58,926 nt of DNA from the NCBI GenBank assembly GCA_032718475.1, contig JAUCBJ010008163.1, positions 1 to 58,926 on the forward strand, given 5' to 3'. The stretch comes from Nemertoderma westbladi. Its lineage: Eukaryota; Animalia; Xenacoelomorpha. Within the stretch, counting starts at the first letter, position 1, and each line of letters begins with the position of its first letter. The notes beneath the pieces are model-generated. The model searched no databases. It was not told where the DNA came from and saw only the letters and a list, made by a program, of their open reading frames with translations. The position numbers were made by a program, and so were the translations under genes. This document shows positions 36,069-47,787 of this stretch, in pieces.

Positions 36069-36103
36069 GTTTGAGCGTCTAAAGTACCCCGGTATGGATA
36101 GGG
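35604..36103. mobile_element. piggyBac-like MITE, 500 bp
   Basis: TTAA on both sides (35600-35603, 36104-36107); perfect 17-bp TIR CCCTATCCATACCGGGG; asymmetric internal inverted repeat (G-run ACTTTTGG / CCAAAAGT C-run). Confidence 0.93.
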
Positions 36104-36183
36104 TTAAATAAATATTTTGTTTTGTCGCACGCGTGTAAAGTAACACTTTACAGGCCACTCGTGATATTATACTACAATATTTA

Positions 36184-36360
36184 ATGGCTAATTCCGAGTC
36201 TCTTACAGTAAATTCGGAAGAGAACTCGATTCCTCCGCCGATTCTACCCCGGCGAAAGAAGAAAACCGAATCGAAAACACCACCGAGGAAAACGAGCCAG
36301 TCGGATATTTACATAAACAATCCGGATCAGAACGAAGTTGTGGCAGAAAACCTGGTTGAG
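36184..36360 (+). CDS. Probable first coding exon of uncharacterised gene (3' boundary uncertain)
   Basis: ATG-started, GC-elevated ORF with PPILPRR and DIYIN, the same composition as the downstream exons. The GAG|gtagtc donor (phase 0) does not match the phase-1 acceptor at 36899, so the true donor, or an extra small exon, is unresolved. Confidence 0.55.
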
Positions 36361-36589
36361 GTAGTCAAGGATCACGTTGAAAGTGTTACTGAGACAGGGG
36401 GGATTCTAGACAAAATCCTCAGCTATTTGTGAACAAAAATTAAACATGTTTTATTGACTCCCGTTTATTGTTTTGGTTAGAATTAGTAAAGTTATCGGTA
36501 AACGTGAATCACGAAACATCTGAGTCAAAGTGAAGGTTCATCTCTCTTGGCAGTTACTTATAATTGCAAGGGACTAAGTTACACATAAA

Positions 36590-36772
36590 GAGGCCGTCAC
36601 TACAATCCCAAGTAAGAGTAACTTTCACTATCCAACCTTTTGCTTTAGACCACCAGCAGTACAGCTGGGTGGCATGAAGATATTTCCTTAGATTTAAACA
36701 ACTTTACGAAACCGGGGCTCGAACTCACGAAAATCCGGTTGGAAGACAGGTGCTCTGAACACCTGGACAATC
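36590..36772 (-). mobile_element. tRNA-derived SINE (degenerate)
   Basis: Minus-strand head with A-box-like TGTCCAGGTGTTCAGAGCA and B-box GAGTTCGAGCC (36716-36726). No acceptor stem, so not a tRNA gene. Confidence 0.45.
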
Positions 36773-36898
36773 TTAACATTGGGAACTTTAGATTTTAGAT
36801 TTTAGAAGAATTGATTAGAAACCTGAAATCCACTCCTTTCCCATTAATTTATAATTAACATTATTTTGAATTCGTCCAAACTGGATTTGCGCTAATAG

Positions 36899-37247
36899 TC
36901 CCCCTTGTCTCAACTGATGAGGTCGAACAACCAGAAAATAAACTTTTGTGCGAGAAATCTCGTTTTATGTCCTCGGGGGCTCTCGTATCGCAACGAGTGT
37001 TTCCGAAACTCTGTTCGTCCGGTATGGTTCTCTATAAACTCGTCAACTTTCCTGACCAAATCGGAAAAACTCCGGAAAAACCAAGGGTTAAACCCGCGAA
37101 CTTCCCGGAAAAACACGATCAACCAATCATAGACGAGCTCTATGTAAACAACGAGGCGCACTCCGAAAGTGGAAACTCTGCACGCAGTACCAGCAAGAGT
37201 AGCCAATCATGGCACATAAGAATCTCCGAAGATAATGTCTCAGATAA
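36899..37247 (+). CDS. Uncharacterised gene, internal exon
   Basis: ctaatag| open frame including ORF 36946; AA|gttagt donor, phase 2, matches the acceptor at 40275. Confidence 0.7.
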
Positions 37248-37606
37248 GTTAGTTTATTGTTATAATAGTATAGGCCTAGACGTTGGCCTATTAAGTAATT
37301 ATTTCTAAAAATATTTAAAACATACTATATTAGGCATTATGTACATACAGTATGTAGTAACGGTACAGTTACATAATATCGCCCTACACCACAAATAGAG
37401 TCCACACCTCCATCCACAGTTTGCTATTAATAGCCTATCATCAGCCATATTCTTCCGTTCTAAGGCAAATCCATGTAAATCTAATTTGACGAAAATGAGA
37501 TATTGGTATCATCTTACGTCGAGCTCTATCTGATGGTAGAACTTAATAGAATCTTAATCTAAACTCTAAAGGGGCTAAAATGGGGGTAGAATGTAAAACT
37601 GCTTTA

Positions 37607-39420
37607 GGGTAATTCCATGTGACTCCTGGGACAGAGAGGCCAAAGGTTGCTCCATTTGAACATGGTTTAAGGAGATGTATAACAAGCATATGTAAAACTT
37701 GCTATTGGAATGCAACCATGGATAATGTAGGCTGCAAAATTAATAAAGAACATCATGATATGAATCATTTGAACCATTTTGTGAGCGTTTTTATGCGTGT
37801 GACTACGGGGACATGAAAAAAGACACGAATTTTCGACCGTTTTTTTATTTATTTGCTGTCAGCAGCCATCGAAAGATACTGGTTTCAATGATATTTTATG
37901 TTGCCACATCACAACCAAAGTTTGTTTTTAGAGTATTCCCGAGTTCAAAGGGTAATTGGCGTTGCTGCAGCAGAGATTGCTGAGTGTGACTGCTGGGACG
38001 TGACTACCGGGACAGCATGTCCCATTTTACAATATAGTTCAAAAATCCTAATTATAACCATGTGTGATTGAAGTGAATACATGTTTATACGAAAATAATA
38101 ATTTTAATCCCATGAATTCAATAAATCCCTAGATTAGCTGTGAATTTGGATTTGTTGTGACTTCTGGGACATTGATCTATATTTGATAAGTTAGCCCGTT
38201 AGTCCAGTATTAGAGCACGATCTCGGTGTACCGAGATATAAGGAACTAAAATCAAGTAGTATTACAACGACAATCGAGAGAGAGATATTACATTTAATCA
38301 CGAAATTAGTCAATTTACTGATAATAATTTGTGACTACCGGGACAATTTATCATACTAATTTATCATTATCATTCAATTTATCTAATCTGGCATGTGTCC
38401 ATCAACAAATGACCCAATATCAAAACGATACAGTTTCTGACTCCTCACAGTACCACCCATAGGCGTAGGTCTTGCCAACACCTTTACTACTGAGCGATGC
38501 GGCTGCAACCCAAACTCTGACTCTAGCTTGATGGTCGCTGATCCAGGGAGTTTTATATCACTGCGAATGCGAGAAGCAAACTGCACTTCAAGTTCCCCCT
38601 CCTCACGAATCTCAACTAACCACGATATGGCACCCATATTAAGTTTAAATTATCCTCCTTTTTTATATATTGCTCTGCTGGTAAAGGGTGTAAACTGCGA
38701 TCGCGATGGGTTTTAGTGACTTCCTGGACAGGAAAAATTAATTTTTTTGCAATAATGGCACAATTTTGCACAGATTGATGTGCCTATAACTTTCCTATAA
38801 AGTAATTTCATTGTTTGAATACGTGCGACTTTCTATGTATAAGAAATATAGACAATTGTGTGACATGTGTTGAAATGTGACTCGCGGGACAAAATTTTAT
38901 CACTCATTGCTACATCCAATGTTAACACTACGATGTAATAATTTATATGCAGTGGAGACCCATGTCATACATTAGGAAAATCTGCCACTGTTTGCCACAT
39001 ACACTCCGATTTATTTTCTTAATGGAAACTTTTCATACTATTTTGTGACTTCCGGGACACGATTTCAGGGATGTTTTTGAGTGCCATGCTCTGCTTTTAT
39101 ACAGTATGTAGCTCAGGCCTAAATCTCTAGTATATGAAAGGTGTACATATTGCCTGTTTGTAAACAAAAAATATTCGTTCCAGTCTGCAATCTAGTACTA
39201 TTGCTTAGCATATTATATTTACATACCGTTTTTCACTACGACTTAAAAACATGTTGCCTTTACTTTAAAACATCGAAAAAATTTTAATGTTGCATTAAAA
39301 GTGATATGTTCTCCATTTTCATACATTTCAACTATCCCCAGCACCGATTTCATAACAAATTTTGATGATTCCGGACTTTTATATTCCCATGGTCGTGTCC
39401 CATTTTCTGTGGAATTGCCC
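37607..39420. mobile_element. Non-autonomous DNA transposon, 1.8 kb (Sola2-like candidate)
   Basis: TIR GGG(T/C)AATTCCA; 4-bp TSD TTTA (37603-37606, 39421-39424); ~9 dispersed GTGACTnnnGGGACA motifs. Confidence 0.75.
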
Positions 39421-40274
39421 TTTATATGAATTTGTTATAAGGCGTAATAAGGCAGAACCATGTAACTCTCATGTAATAATGACATTCCATGTAACTTAAC
39501 TATAAGCCTATACCATGTATCTCATGCGAGATACATTGTTTTGGCTTAAGAACATCTGTGGAAATTTATATATTTTTCATGATGATGTAATATAGGTAAA
39601 TATACGGCACTGGTTAGAATTTGTGAGGTAAATCCCTGTAACTCGAAAATAAAAATAAAATACATTTTTTAAATAGCTACTGTAGCTTAAGTTTGGAGCT
39701 CTTAGACTCTCTAGGTATCTAAATATACTATTTGACTAATCTTTAGTGTTGAAAAGTTCACACAGACATTCACATATTTTCGTGCAGATCGGTTAACTTT
39801 AGATTGATTTTTCTCAAAACTCGATTATTTGAGTTACATGGTTTTGCCTTAGGAGGGCAGTTTTAGACCATATCTAATTACAGACGTTTCAGGAATGGCA
39901 TTGGCTGACCAGTCCACCATGTTTCATCTCTCTCCAGCCGGTGCCATAGAGAAGGATCAGGCGCAGATTGATAAGTTCTACGATGACTGTTATAAGATGA
40001 CACAGAGGTTCTACCACCTCGCATCAGTACAAGAATCACTAATTGGGGGGAATTAGCCTGCTGAATATCCACTCTCCATGTCCATTTACCAATACCATAT
40101 GCTCAAACCTTTCTTATTCCTCAAGACTTCCCATACAGTGTATGGGAATACAGCATAGAGCATACATGTAGGTCCCTTGTTTCCGTAAATTGTCTCAAAC
40201 TATTAGACTACAAAAGATACAAACTGAAAGTAAATTAAATTAATGACAATGCAACTAACATCATATATTTGCAG

Positions 40275-40788
40275 AGTTAATGAAATCTATGGGGAAACGG
40301 TTGTAAATGAACCTAACGATCCTCAATTAGTTGTTACAGACAAAGGGAGTGAGTGTGTGTCGCCAAGCGTGGGCCTAACCAACACAGTCAGTAATAAGGA
40401 GCATTCAGACCAACAGGATGACTCTCCTCAGTCTCAACCTCAGGATGCAGGAGCCGTTGGTCAACAGTCTATGAGTAGTAAACAAAATTCACTTAACAGA
40501 CATTTAGCAAAGATAAATGGAAACACTCAATTTCCAACTGGAAATTCGGTATTGGATAGGCCATTACCACAACCGCCATCCGCTCATTCACCTTCTAACA
40601 GACCTGTTTCTTACTCCCCAACCGAGCAGCCAGTTCCGGATAGACCACTACCTCAACCGACACAGACAGACAATGTTTATTTACAACCGGAGGAGGCCCG
40701 ACAATCGATCTCGAGTCAGCGTTGGTCTATCGATGTGGGTGGAACGGAGTCTACTACAGGTTCAGATACTATCAAAAGAAATAGAGAG
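40275..40788 (+). CDS. Uncharacterised gene, Pro/Ser-rich exon
   Basis: tttgcag| phase 2; ORF 40243 frame; two DRPLPQP motifs; GAG|gtgggt phase 0. Confidence 0.82.
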
Positions 40789-40810
40789 GTGGGTGAAATG
40801 GATTGTTATA

Positions 40811-41085
40811 ATTAATGGAAACAGGTGAGAAGTTAGGTTGGTGGTGATAATTAATGGAAACAGGTGAGAAGTTAGGTCGGTGGTGATAATTAATGGAAAC
40901 AGGTGAGAAGTTAGGTCGGTGGTGATAATTAATGGAAACAGGTGAGAAGTTAGGTCGGTGGTGATAATTAATGGAAACAGCTGAGTAGTTAGGTCGGTGG
41001 TGATAATTAATGGAAACAGGTGAGAATTTAGGTCGGTGGTGATAATTAATGGAAACAGGTGAGAAGTTATGTGTAGGTCGGTGGT
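40811..41085. repeat. 39-bp minisatellite, ~7 copies
   Basis: ATTAATGGAAACAGGTGAGAAGTTAGGTCGGTGGTGATA in tandem. Confidence 0.96.
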
Positions 41086-41207
41086 AGTCCCCTTAAGTTG
41101 ATTAGTATTATAAGGCTAGCTGTTGTTTTATGTTTTTCCATTATGGATTTAATGATTGATAGACTGGTCTCAAGGGATTGTAATTAAATTCCTCATTAAA
41201 TTCACAG

Positions 41208-41330
41208 GCAGGTATCGGCATTAAGAAAAAAATAGCTAATAAAGGAGTTAATGTGTTTCGAGTTGCTAAGGAGACGAAGGATAAAATGGTGAAGCAAGCC
41301 GAGAAGGTGACGAGCTATTTAGCCTCAAAA
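41208..41330 (+). CDS. Uncharacterised gene, basic helical exon
   Basis: ttcacag| AGIGIKKKIANKGVNVFRVAKETKDKMVKQAEKVTSYLASK |gttagt; 123 nt, phase 0/0. Confidence 0.8.
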
Positions 41331-42619
41331 GTTAGTATTTTTTTGTAATAATTTAATAACTAGTTTCTATCGTATATCTATCTAAATTCATCATCAAATA
41401 AAGAGGTGAGTTGTGGTGGTGAGTACTGGCAACATTTTTAAATGTATAACTGAAGCCCTAGTCGCCAGAGCTAGACTATACATTTTATAGTTTTACCTGA
41501 TTGTGCTTAATTTTCAGAAATGGTTACCTACTTTTTTGGAATCAGCATGTTTGATTACACGTGAAAGAATTCGAAAATAATTTTTGTTTCGCACAGGAAA
41601 AGTTTTCAAAAAATGCACATTTGTTTATTACAATAATTCATACCAGATGAACAATTATTGCAAAACTATAAAAATTGCTCGAACTTTATTATTGCAAAAA
41701 CGACAAGGTTTCAGTTTGATACCAAAAACGAATTGGTTGAAAAATGGCTGAGGTAAAGTGATTTGAAAATGAAAAAATACCATTCCGAGATAATTGCCTT
41801 TAAAGCTTGAACCTTCCCGCTCAAAACTATATGTAAGAATGACTGTAAATATATAACCAATAAGAAAGCATCACAACTTGCTAACATTTTTACATTTTCC
41901 GGGTCGCTTTATTAGTTTTCACATTTGATGCCTTCCAAACCGTCTGTTGTCCTAACCGTCGTCGGCTGTCGGGTATATATGGACGGAAGACCGAGATGCA
42001 TACAGACAGAAATGGCAATGCTATCAAATTTGAAAACTGACATCGGAAGTGAAGACACAGACCAAGAAATCGCTGTATAATTTGTTAAACATACAGTAGA
42101 GTGCTTTCTAACGTTTTAATAATTCTCGTTGGGCATAGTTTTTACCAAAGTTCAGGTGGGATCGCATTGGTGACCTCCGGGTTGGAAGTCTGACGTTCTA
42201 ACCTTTCCGCTAGTGGCTCAGGTAAAAGATAGACCTGCAAATACTACCTGATACTTTGTATTGTCGCAATTTAAGTCCTCATGGGCCATCCATCTGTCAA
42301 TACCATCAGCTACTGTACAACAGCAACAACTGTGCTCAATCCCACTGTACTTGGCCGTACATCAACAAAAAATTTTAATGTTTTGGCAGACATACCGACA
42401 GTCACCCATCTCGAGACGTAAAAGATATTTTGCAAAGTGGGATTCAGATTTGAAATCCTTTTAAGATTTGCTTTAGATGCTTGAAACGGGTCTGTGAATA
42501 ACTACGATGGTCCATTAAAGTTGTTTAATGTAAACGGTGTTGAATAGTGAAGAGTTGACGGCATCCAATTTAGATAAACATGGTGAAATCGTAAATTAAA
42601 TATAAATCTTTATTTGTAG

Positions 42620-42744
42620 ATGGAAAGATACGAAGCGGCGACGTCTCAATCGTCAAATGAAAAATCGGTTCCCGGTAGCTCAAAAAAGAAAACTGAGCCG
42701 AAATTATTTGTGAAGCAAATCAAAGGAAAAGTTTCTGGGTTAAA
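42620..42744 (+). CDS. Uncharacterised gene, internal exon
   Basis: tttgtag| MERYEAATSQSSNEKSVPGSSKKKTEPKLFVKQIKGKVSGL AA|gttagt; phase 0/2. Confidence 0.8.
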
Positions 42745-42997
42745 GTTAGTATAACTAATATTATAATTTATTAAATTTAGTATAACTTAAATATATATTT
42801 ATTCCATTAAGTTGTTTTACTGTTGACAATTAGGGTATTTACCAATAATGATGGCTTTTCAAAGTTATAGCATATATAGAAATAGCCTTCAGATTCAAAA
42901 CCCACCACCACCAGCTGGATTGATCTGTCGGTGCCTAGCAACTAAAAAAACAATTGCAATCATATAGTATTCCAGTAAAACCGTTCTTATAATAATA

Positions 42998-43256
42998 CTA
43001 GCAGGCAATACCCGAGGCATGTTACCCGGTATTTCCCGCTACCGGCATAGGCCTACTGGCGTACTGGTACCGGTATAGGCCTACTGACGTACCGGTACTT
43101 AGTACCGGTACCGAACGTGAATTAAACTTTTCGAAAAGTGGCCTATAACGACCGCTGGTTAAAGTTATACACAGATGCCAAGTTCCAGCGCAATCCCTCC
43201 GCCCGTTTTGGAGGAGTTCGAACACAGAGAGAGAATTTGATTTTTATAGGTATAGA
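42998..43256 (-). mobile_element. Non-autonomous Helitron, 259 bp, intronic
   Basis: The minus strand starts A|TCTATACCTATA and ends CTAG|T, with a subterminal hairpin (AATACC..GGTATT); no TSD. Confidence 0.8.
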
Positions 43257-43320
43257 TAAGATATCCATACCAGCGTATGTTCTGATACTGTAAAGTTATT
43301 TCTTAATCGTTATATTTTAG

Positions 43321-43528
43321 TTTGAAAGGATTTCAGCGCGTCCGTTCGGAATCCGGGCAGTCGGCTCAATTGGAACTGGGATCGGAGGACGAAGACGAAG
43401 ACGACGGCAACTACGGAGACGTGGAGGTTTGCGAGAACGATGAGGACGACGGTCACTATGGGGACGTAGGGGTGGAGACGGGGTCCCAGCTGTCCGAGGA
43501 GATAGACCAGCTATATGAAGCAATGTAA
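43321..43528 (+). CDS. Uncharacterised gene, last coding exon (acidic, Tyr motifs)
   Basis: tattttag| phase 2 matches the previous exon; ...EDEDDGNYGDV...EDDGHYGDV...IDQLYEAM*. Confidence 0.82.
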
Positions 43529-45199
43529 CACTCTTAAAACGCAGTCACCCACAACGTGGCTCGCCCCACATACACTAAGATCACAAGTCGAGTGATGCAA
43601 CGTAATTTTCTGAGCTCTGTGATTTTCTGAGATGTAAAAGGAACAATAATCACAGACTAACTTACTGTATTGATATCAAAGTGTGGGATATTTAAGGAAC
43701 ACTTTTATAAATGTCTACAATTTCTCTTGAAATTGAAATATTCTGAGTTTAAACAGTACGGTCAGAAAATATGGCTAAACATTTGTTTTTTCAAAAGTTA
43801 TTGTTTGTATTATTGTTAAATGTAAACGATTGTAAACTATAGATTACATCAAAAAAGGTTGTATTTTTTTCGCGACGATCGGCCAAATAATTGAATTCCC
43901 CGGGAGAGCGCATCGATTTCGGTTAATTAGAGTAGGCCTACAGATCATCTCCTCATTTCTATGTTCTATTATGATTATGATGCACCTTCTTCATCTCTCA
44001 CCTGAATTCGCCACTGAGACAGGCTACATGGAGTTCTTCTTATAAATAGAATTAAGACCAAACACTTGACAGTTCACAAACGGTAAACTCTTGAGAGGAA
44101 TTGTATATTTTTTAAACTGAATTTGGGTTGATCTAATTTTGAAATATTGTTGAGATATTGGGGTATTTTTTAGGCTTCCATAAGTGCATTGACCCGGGGG
44201 CCCTTATTTTATTTATAAATTGTTATAATTTTAGCTCTTGGTTATCGTGGTGTAATCATTATAAATAAAGTTAAGTGTGTAAGGAAACTCCTTCAGTAAA
44301 CGTTACTGAAGATATATCTTTCGTCATGGGGGTGAGAATATCAAAAGTTTAACTTGAAATGTATATTGATAATTACTAGAACAATAACTACTACTGTAAA
44401 TAATAAAACTTACCTTAAGGGGTGGGGGGGGGGGGGGGGGGGTACGCCCTCCTTGGGTAAAATTTTCACATTTTTGGTTTTCTATTTCATCTGATGCAGA
44501 ATTTAATGGGGAGTTCAAATCTTAAAACGGTTTGGCGAGATCTTTTTTAATTCTCGAGTTGTCGCTGTCTATCAGTTTGTCCGTCAAAATTCAGTCGGCA
44601 GACAGACAAACAAACTGTCAGGCAGGCATATTAGATACAACCAAACATTAAAACTGACATCGAAATTACATCACCGACCCCGAAAACCCCCATGTTGATA
44701 ATTTTAGTGAGTTGGTATGAAGCCATAGTGTCAAACATTACTGACCGATTAACAGACTACAGACAGTCAGGTTTGAGCGGGAAGGTTTTAACAAAGCAAA
44801 TTATCTCGGAATTACATTTCACGATATTTCCATTTTTCAAAATACATTACAGTACTACTCCTCTGCTGTTTTTCGCCCAAATTCAATAATTGGTGGCTCG
44901 TTTGAAAGGTTTTTTGAATATCTTGAAAAATTATCCAGCACTTTTTTGAATTTTTTTTTAATATTATTGAAAATTTTAATTAATTTTAATTAATAATTAA
45001 ATTAATTTACTTAAAAATTAAAATTTAAAAAATCGGCTGGATAATTATTTTAGAATCGAAGGCGCTGAGTCCAAAAAAAATGGTTTCAAAAAAATTGGAT
45101 AAATATTAAGGGATAGTACTTAGTGTTTTTAGTGAAATATTTAATTCCGCCACTCGCCGCTAGAAAAATTTTACTCTTAGTACTTATATTCTTAATTAA

Positions 45200-45427
45200 A
45201 TTTAATTTATTTAATTAACTGCTATTATCTTAGCTTCTCGAAGGCCACACGGAAATTCAACTTGGAAAATTTCTAAACTTTGCCAAACTACATGTGTACC
45301 ACGTTTGGATAGATTTCATCGAGATTTGGCTGAGTTATTAACTTTTAAAATTGGACGCGACAGACACACCGATTGAGTTAATGGTACCCGTATGATAAGC
45401 TCGTTTACTTTCGTGGCTCGCCCCACA
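45200..45427 (+). mobile_element. Second copy of the Helitron/Helentron-like element at 18575
   Basis: Shared TTAACTGCTATTATCTTAGCTTCTCGAAGGCCA...TTTGGATAGATTTCATC...CGCGACAGA...GGCTCGCCCCACA. Confidence 0.7.
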
Positions 45428-46879
45428 TCTATGTAGGGTAGCTCAGTCATATATAAAATTCCTACGGGGTCATACCTAGGCTGGAGCCCGTATTATCATG
45501 TGGTTTTTACAAAGAGAGGCCATTGATTTCTTCAATTAATGTTGTCTCAAACAGTTTCATAGGCCGGATAGATTTTACGAAAGATAAACAATTAAATGAA
45601 TAAGATTGATTACTCAGACGACTGTAACTTATGTAGCTTCAGCGCTACTTTCATGTCTAAAGTTTAGAATGTGGCAATAAACAGACTCCTATATAATGTA
45701 ATGTAAAGTATAAGGGCATGGCATTTCAGTAATTATAAGCCTACGTATTAATTGTACAGCAACAGTGTCGCTGAGACTGATTACTCCCGACTCGACTGAT
45801 TGATTATCTCATATTATTCTAGAGCAAATAAATTGTTCAAAGTTCATATTAAATCAACCACTCTGATCATTGGGAAAGTAAAACAACAAATTTGACTTTC
45901 ACAAATGTTATTTAAGCTAATATTATTACAATAATTATTACTATTCGTTATTGTTTCATTTGGATAAAAGTTTATGTTTTTTACTATTTTTATTTAATTA
46001 TAATTCATGTATTTTTCTTTGATTAAATTTTCGAATACAATATCGATATAGGCCATACAGCAGTAGGAACCTTTAATCATTAAAACCATCCACTACAGTA
46101 TTATATTTACTTTTAGTGTAGGGTAGTAAGTGAATCAGAAAAGTACTGTAGCCTCCTACGAGGGACGTTTCTTAGGATTAGGACGAATAGGGTTGGTGCG
46201 CGAAAAAATTGTTGGGCTAGAAACAATCGAATAATGGGTAACAAGGTGACCTGAATAGACTGGCGGGTGTGTTTTTTTTGTAAAAACACGAGGTCGAAAT
46301 GGCGGGATTAAGTTAGCCCGAGAAGCTAATTTTGAAAATCGGCTGTGATTGGATGCTACATATTTGACGTCACTACGCAGTACTCCGATAATTTCTTATA
46401 TTGTTTTCTATGGAGGGTGATTTTCGATCGATTCAAATACACATTTAATCTCAATAATTTCATATATATGGCTTATATCAATTGAAAGCGGAGAGTCTTG
46501 CGCGTCTTTTAACACTACAATTAATTAAATTCATGGTGATGAATATGTACTGCTTTAACTTCAGCTCCACCCAGCTGGAATCAGGAACTGGCTTAATTAG
46601 GAACCTGAGAGAGTTAAAAAGTGTTGGCGTGAGATTTTTCTGTTTTTTTTATTACATTCTGGCGTCTCTATCTATATCTCACTCTCTCTTTGAGGAGTGC
46701 TCTCTGAATTTTATTATTTTTTACGAATTGCCAATAGCCTATAGGATTGGTTTTAATGTATTAATTGGTCTATATCTGAATTCTTGGTACTGTACAGTGT
46801 ACATGTGTGGCTAGCCCCAATATTAGAGATTTGTCGTTGGTGATTAACGACAAATATTAAACAGTCGAAAAATCTTAGT

Positions 46880-47076
46880 ATGCCATCTCTTCGAACCGAA
46901 AACATATGTTGTCATGGTAACCTAATACGTTGTTTAACTATCGCCTCCTTTGTGATGGTGGTTGTAGCGGCGTTGCTACACTTACTGGCGATTAGTGGAC
47001 CCTGGATATTTACCTTTACGTTGATGAGAATATCAGAAGTTAAGGAAGTTGCTATGCAACCATTTCAGTCAATGAG
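46880..47076 (+). CDS. Claudin/PMP22-superfamily tetraspan protein, exon 1
   Basis: ATG, then TM1 (LTIASFVMVVVAALLHLLAISG) followed by the conserved Trp; AG|gtaaat, phase 2. Confidence 0.8.
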
Positions 47077-47139
47077 GTAAATCTTTCGATTTTGAGGGAT
47101 TTTTAGCGAGAAAACAGGTGATGGAATCGGAAACAACTA

Positions 47140-47600
47140 GGCCAATACACAACTCCCTATCAACCATGACATTTGCTAGATCATCCGCATCTTCAAGGCC
47201 AGTGTCCTATAAGCGGCGTCTGAAGAAAGTCATGGGCTGTCCACCATGCTTATTCACTCCATGAGGCCGCCAAAGCACAATATTGTACAATGGCTGGTCC
47301 TCACGGCGCAAGCAATGTCCTGCAAAGCGGAGGCGGCTTTGTTCTAGTTTCACGCTTGGGGGGACCAATGAGACACATCAAATGTTGTATAGTGTCTGGA
47401 GATGTGTTTATTGCACTTGACACACTGAATCCGCCCTAACATTCCTTTCTTAAGATTTGATGTCCGCAGCAGACAGACCCCATCATGCACTACCATATAA
47501 GGAGTACTGGTCCTACTGCAGCCCTAAATAATCGAATTTATCGAATAATTGGCCTCCGTAATAAATCTTTAAGAAATCTAAAACATTAGTGTTTGGGTCA
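47140..47600 (-). mobile_element. RTE LINE 3' fragment in intron
   Basis: Reverse complement of the RLRFAGHC..REDQP block; extends further 5' (LLMVVH/LYG region, RMLGRIQC). Confidence 0.85.
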
Positions 47601-47787
47601 CAGCTCCTCACAAATATTTGGGCTTTTAGCACGAAAAAAGTTAGACCTGTCACCAAATTTGCCCAGGCTGAGACTTAGCGACCCTAACTGTATATTAGTG
47701 ATATTTGCATTTTAAATTGTTAAATATTAAAGAAGTATCAAGGTTAATTAAATTTCTTACACTTTACCATTTCTCTTTTTTTTCCAG

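Noticed and set aside
36914-36938. Hammerhead-like CTGATGA-GGT..ACC-A-GAAA
   Set aside because: An extra base breaks the core, I found no stems I/III, and it lies in a coding exon.
42157-42215. tRNA gene on minus strand
   Set aside because: An A-box-like start is present, but the B-box is degenerate and there is no acceptor stem; at most a SINE head relic.
41400-45200. Further Helitron-like or DNA transposon relics at ~41450-42130 and ~44330-45190
   Set aside because: They share an AAAACTGACATCG motif and CAGA microsatellites, but I could not define termini or TSDs.
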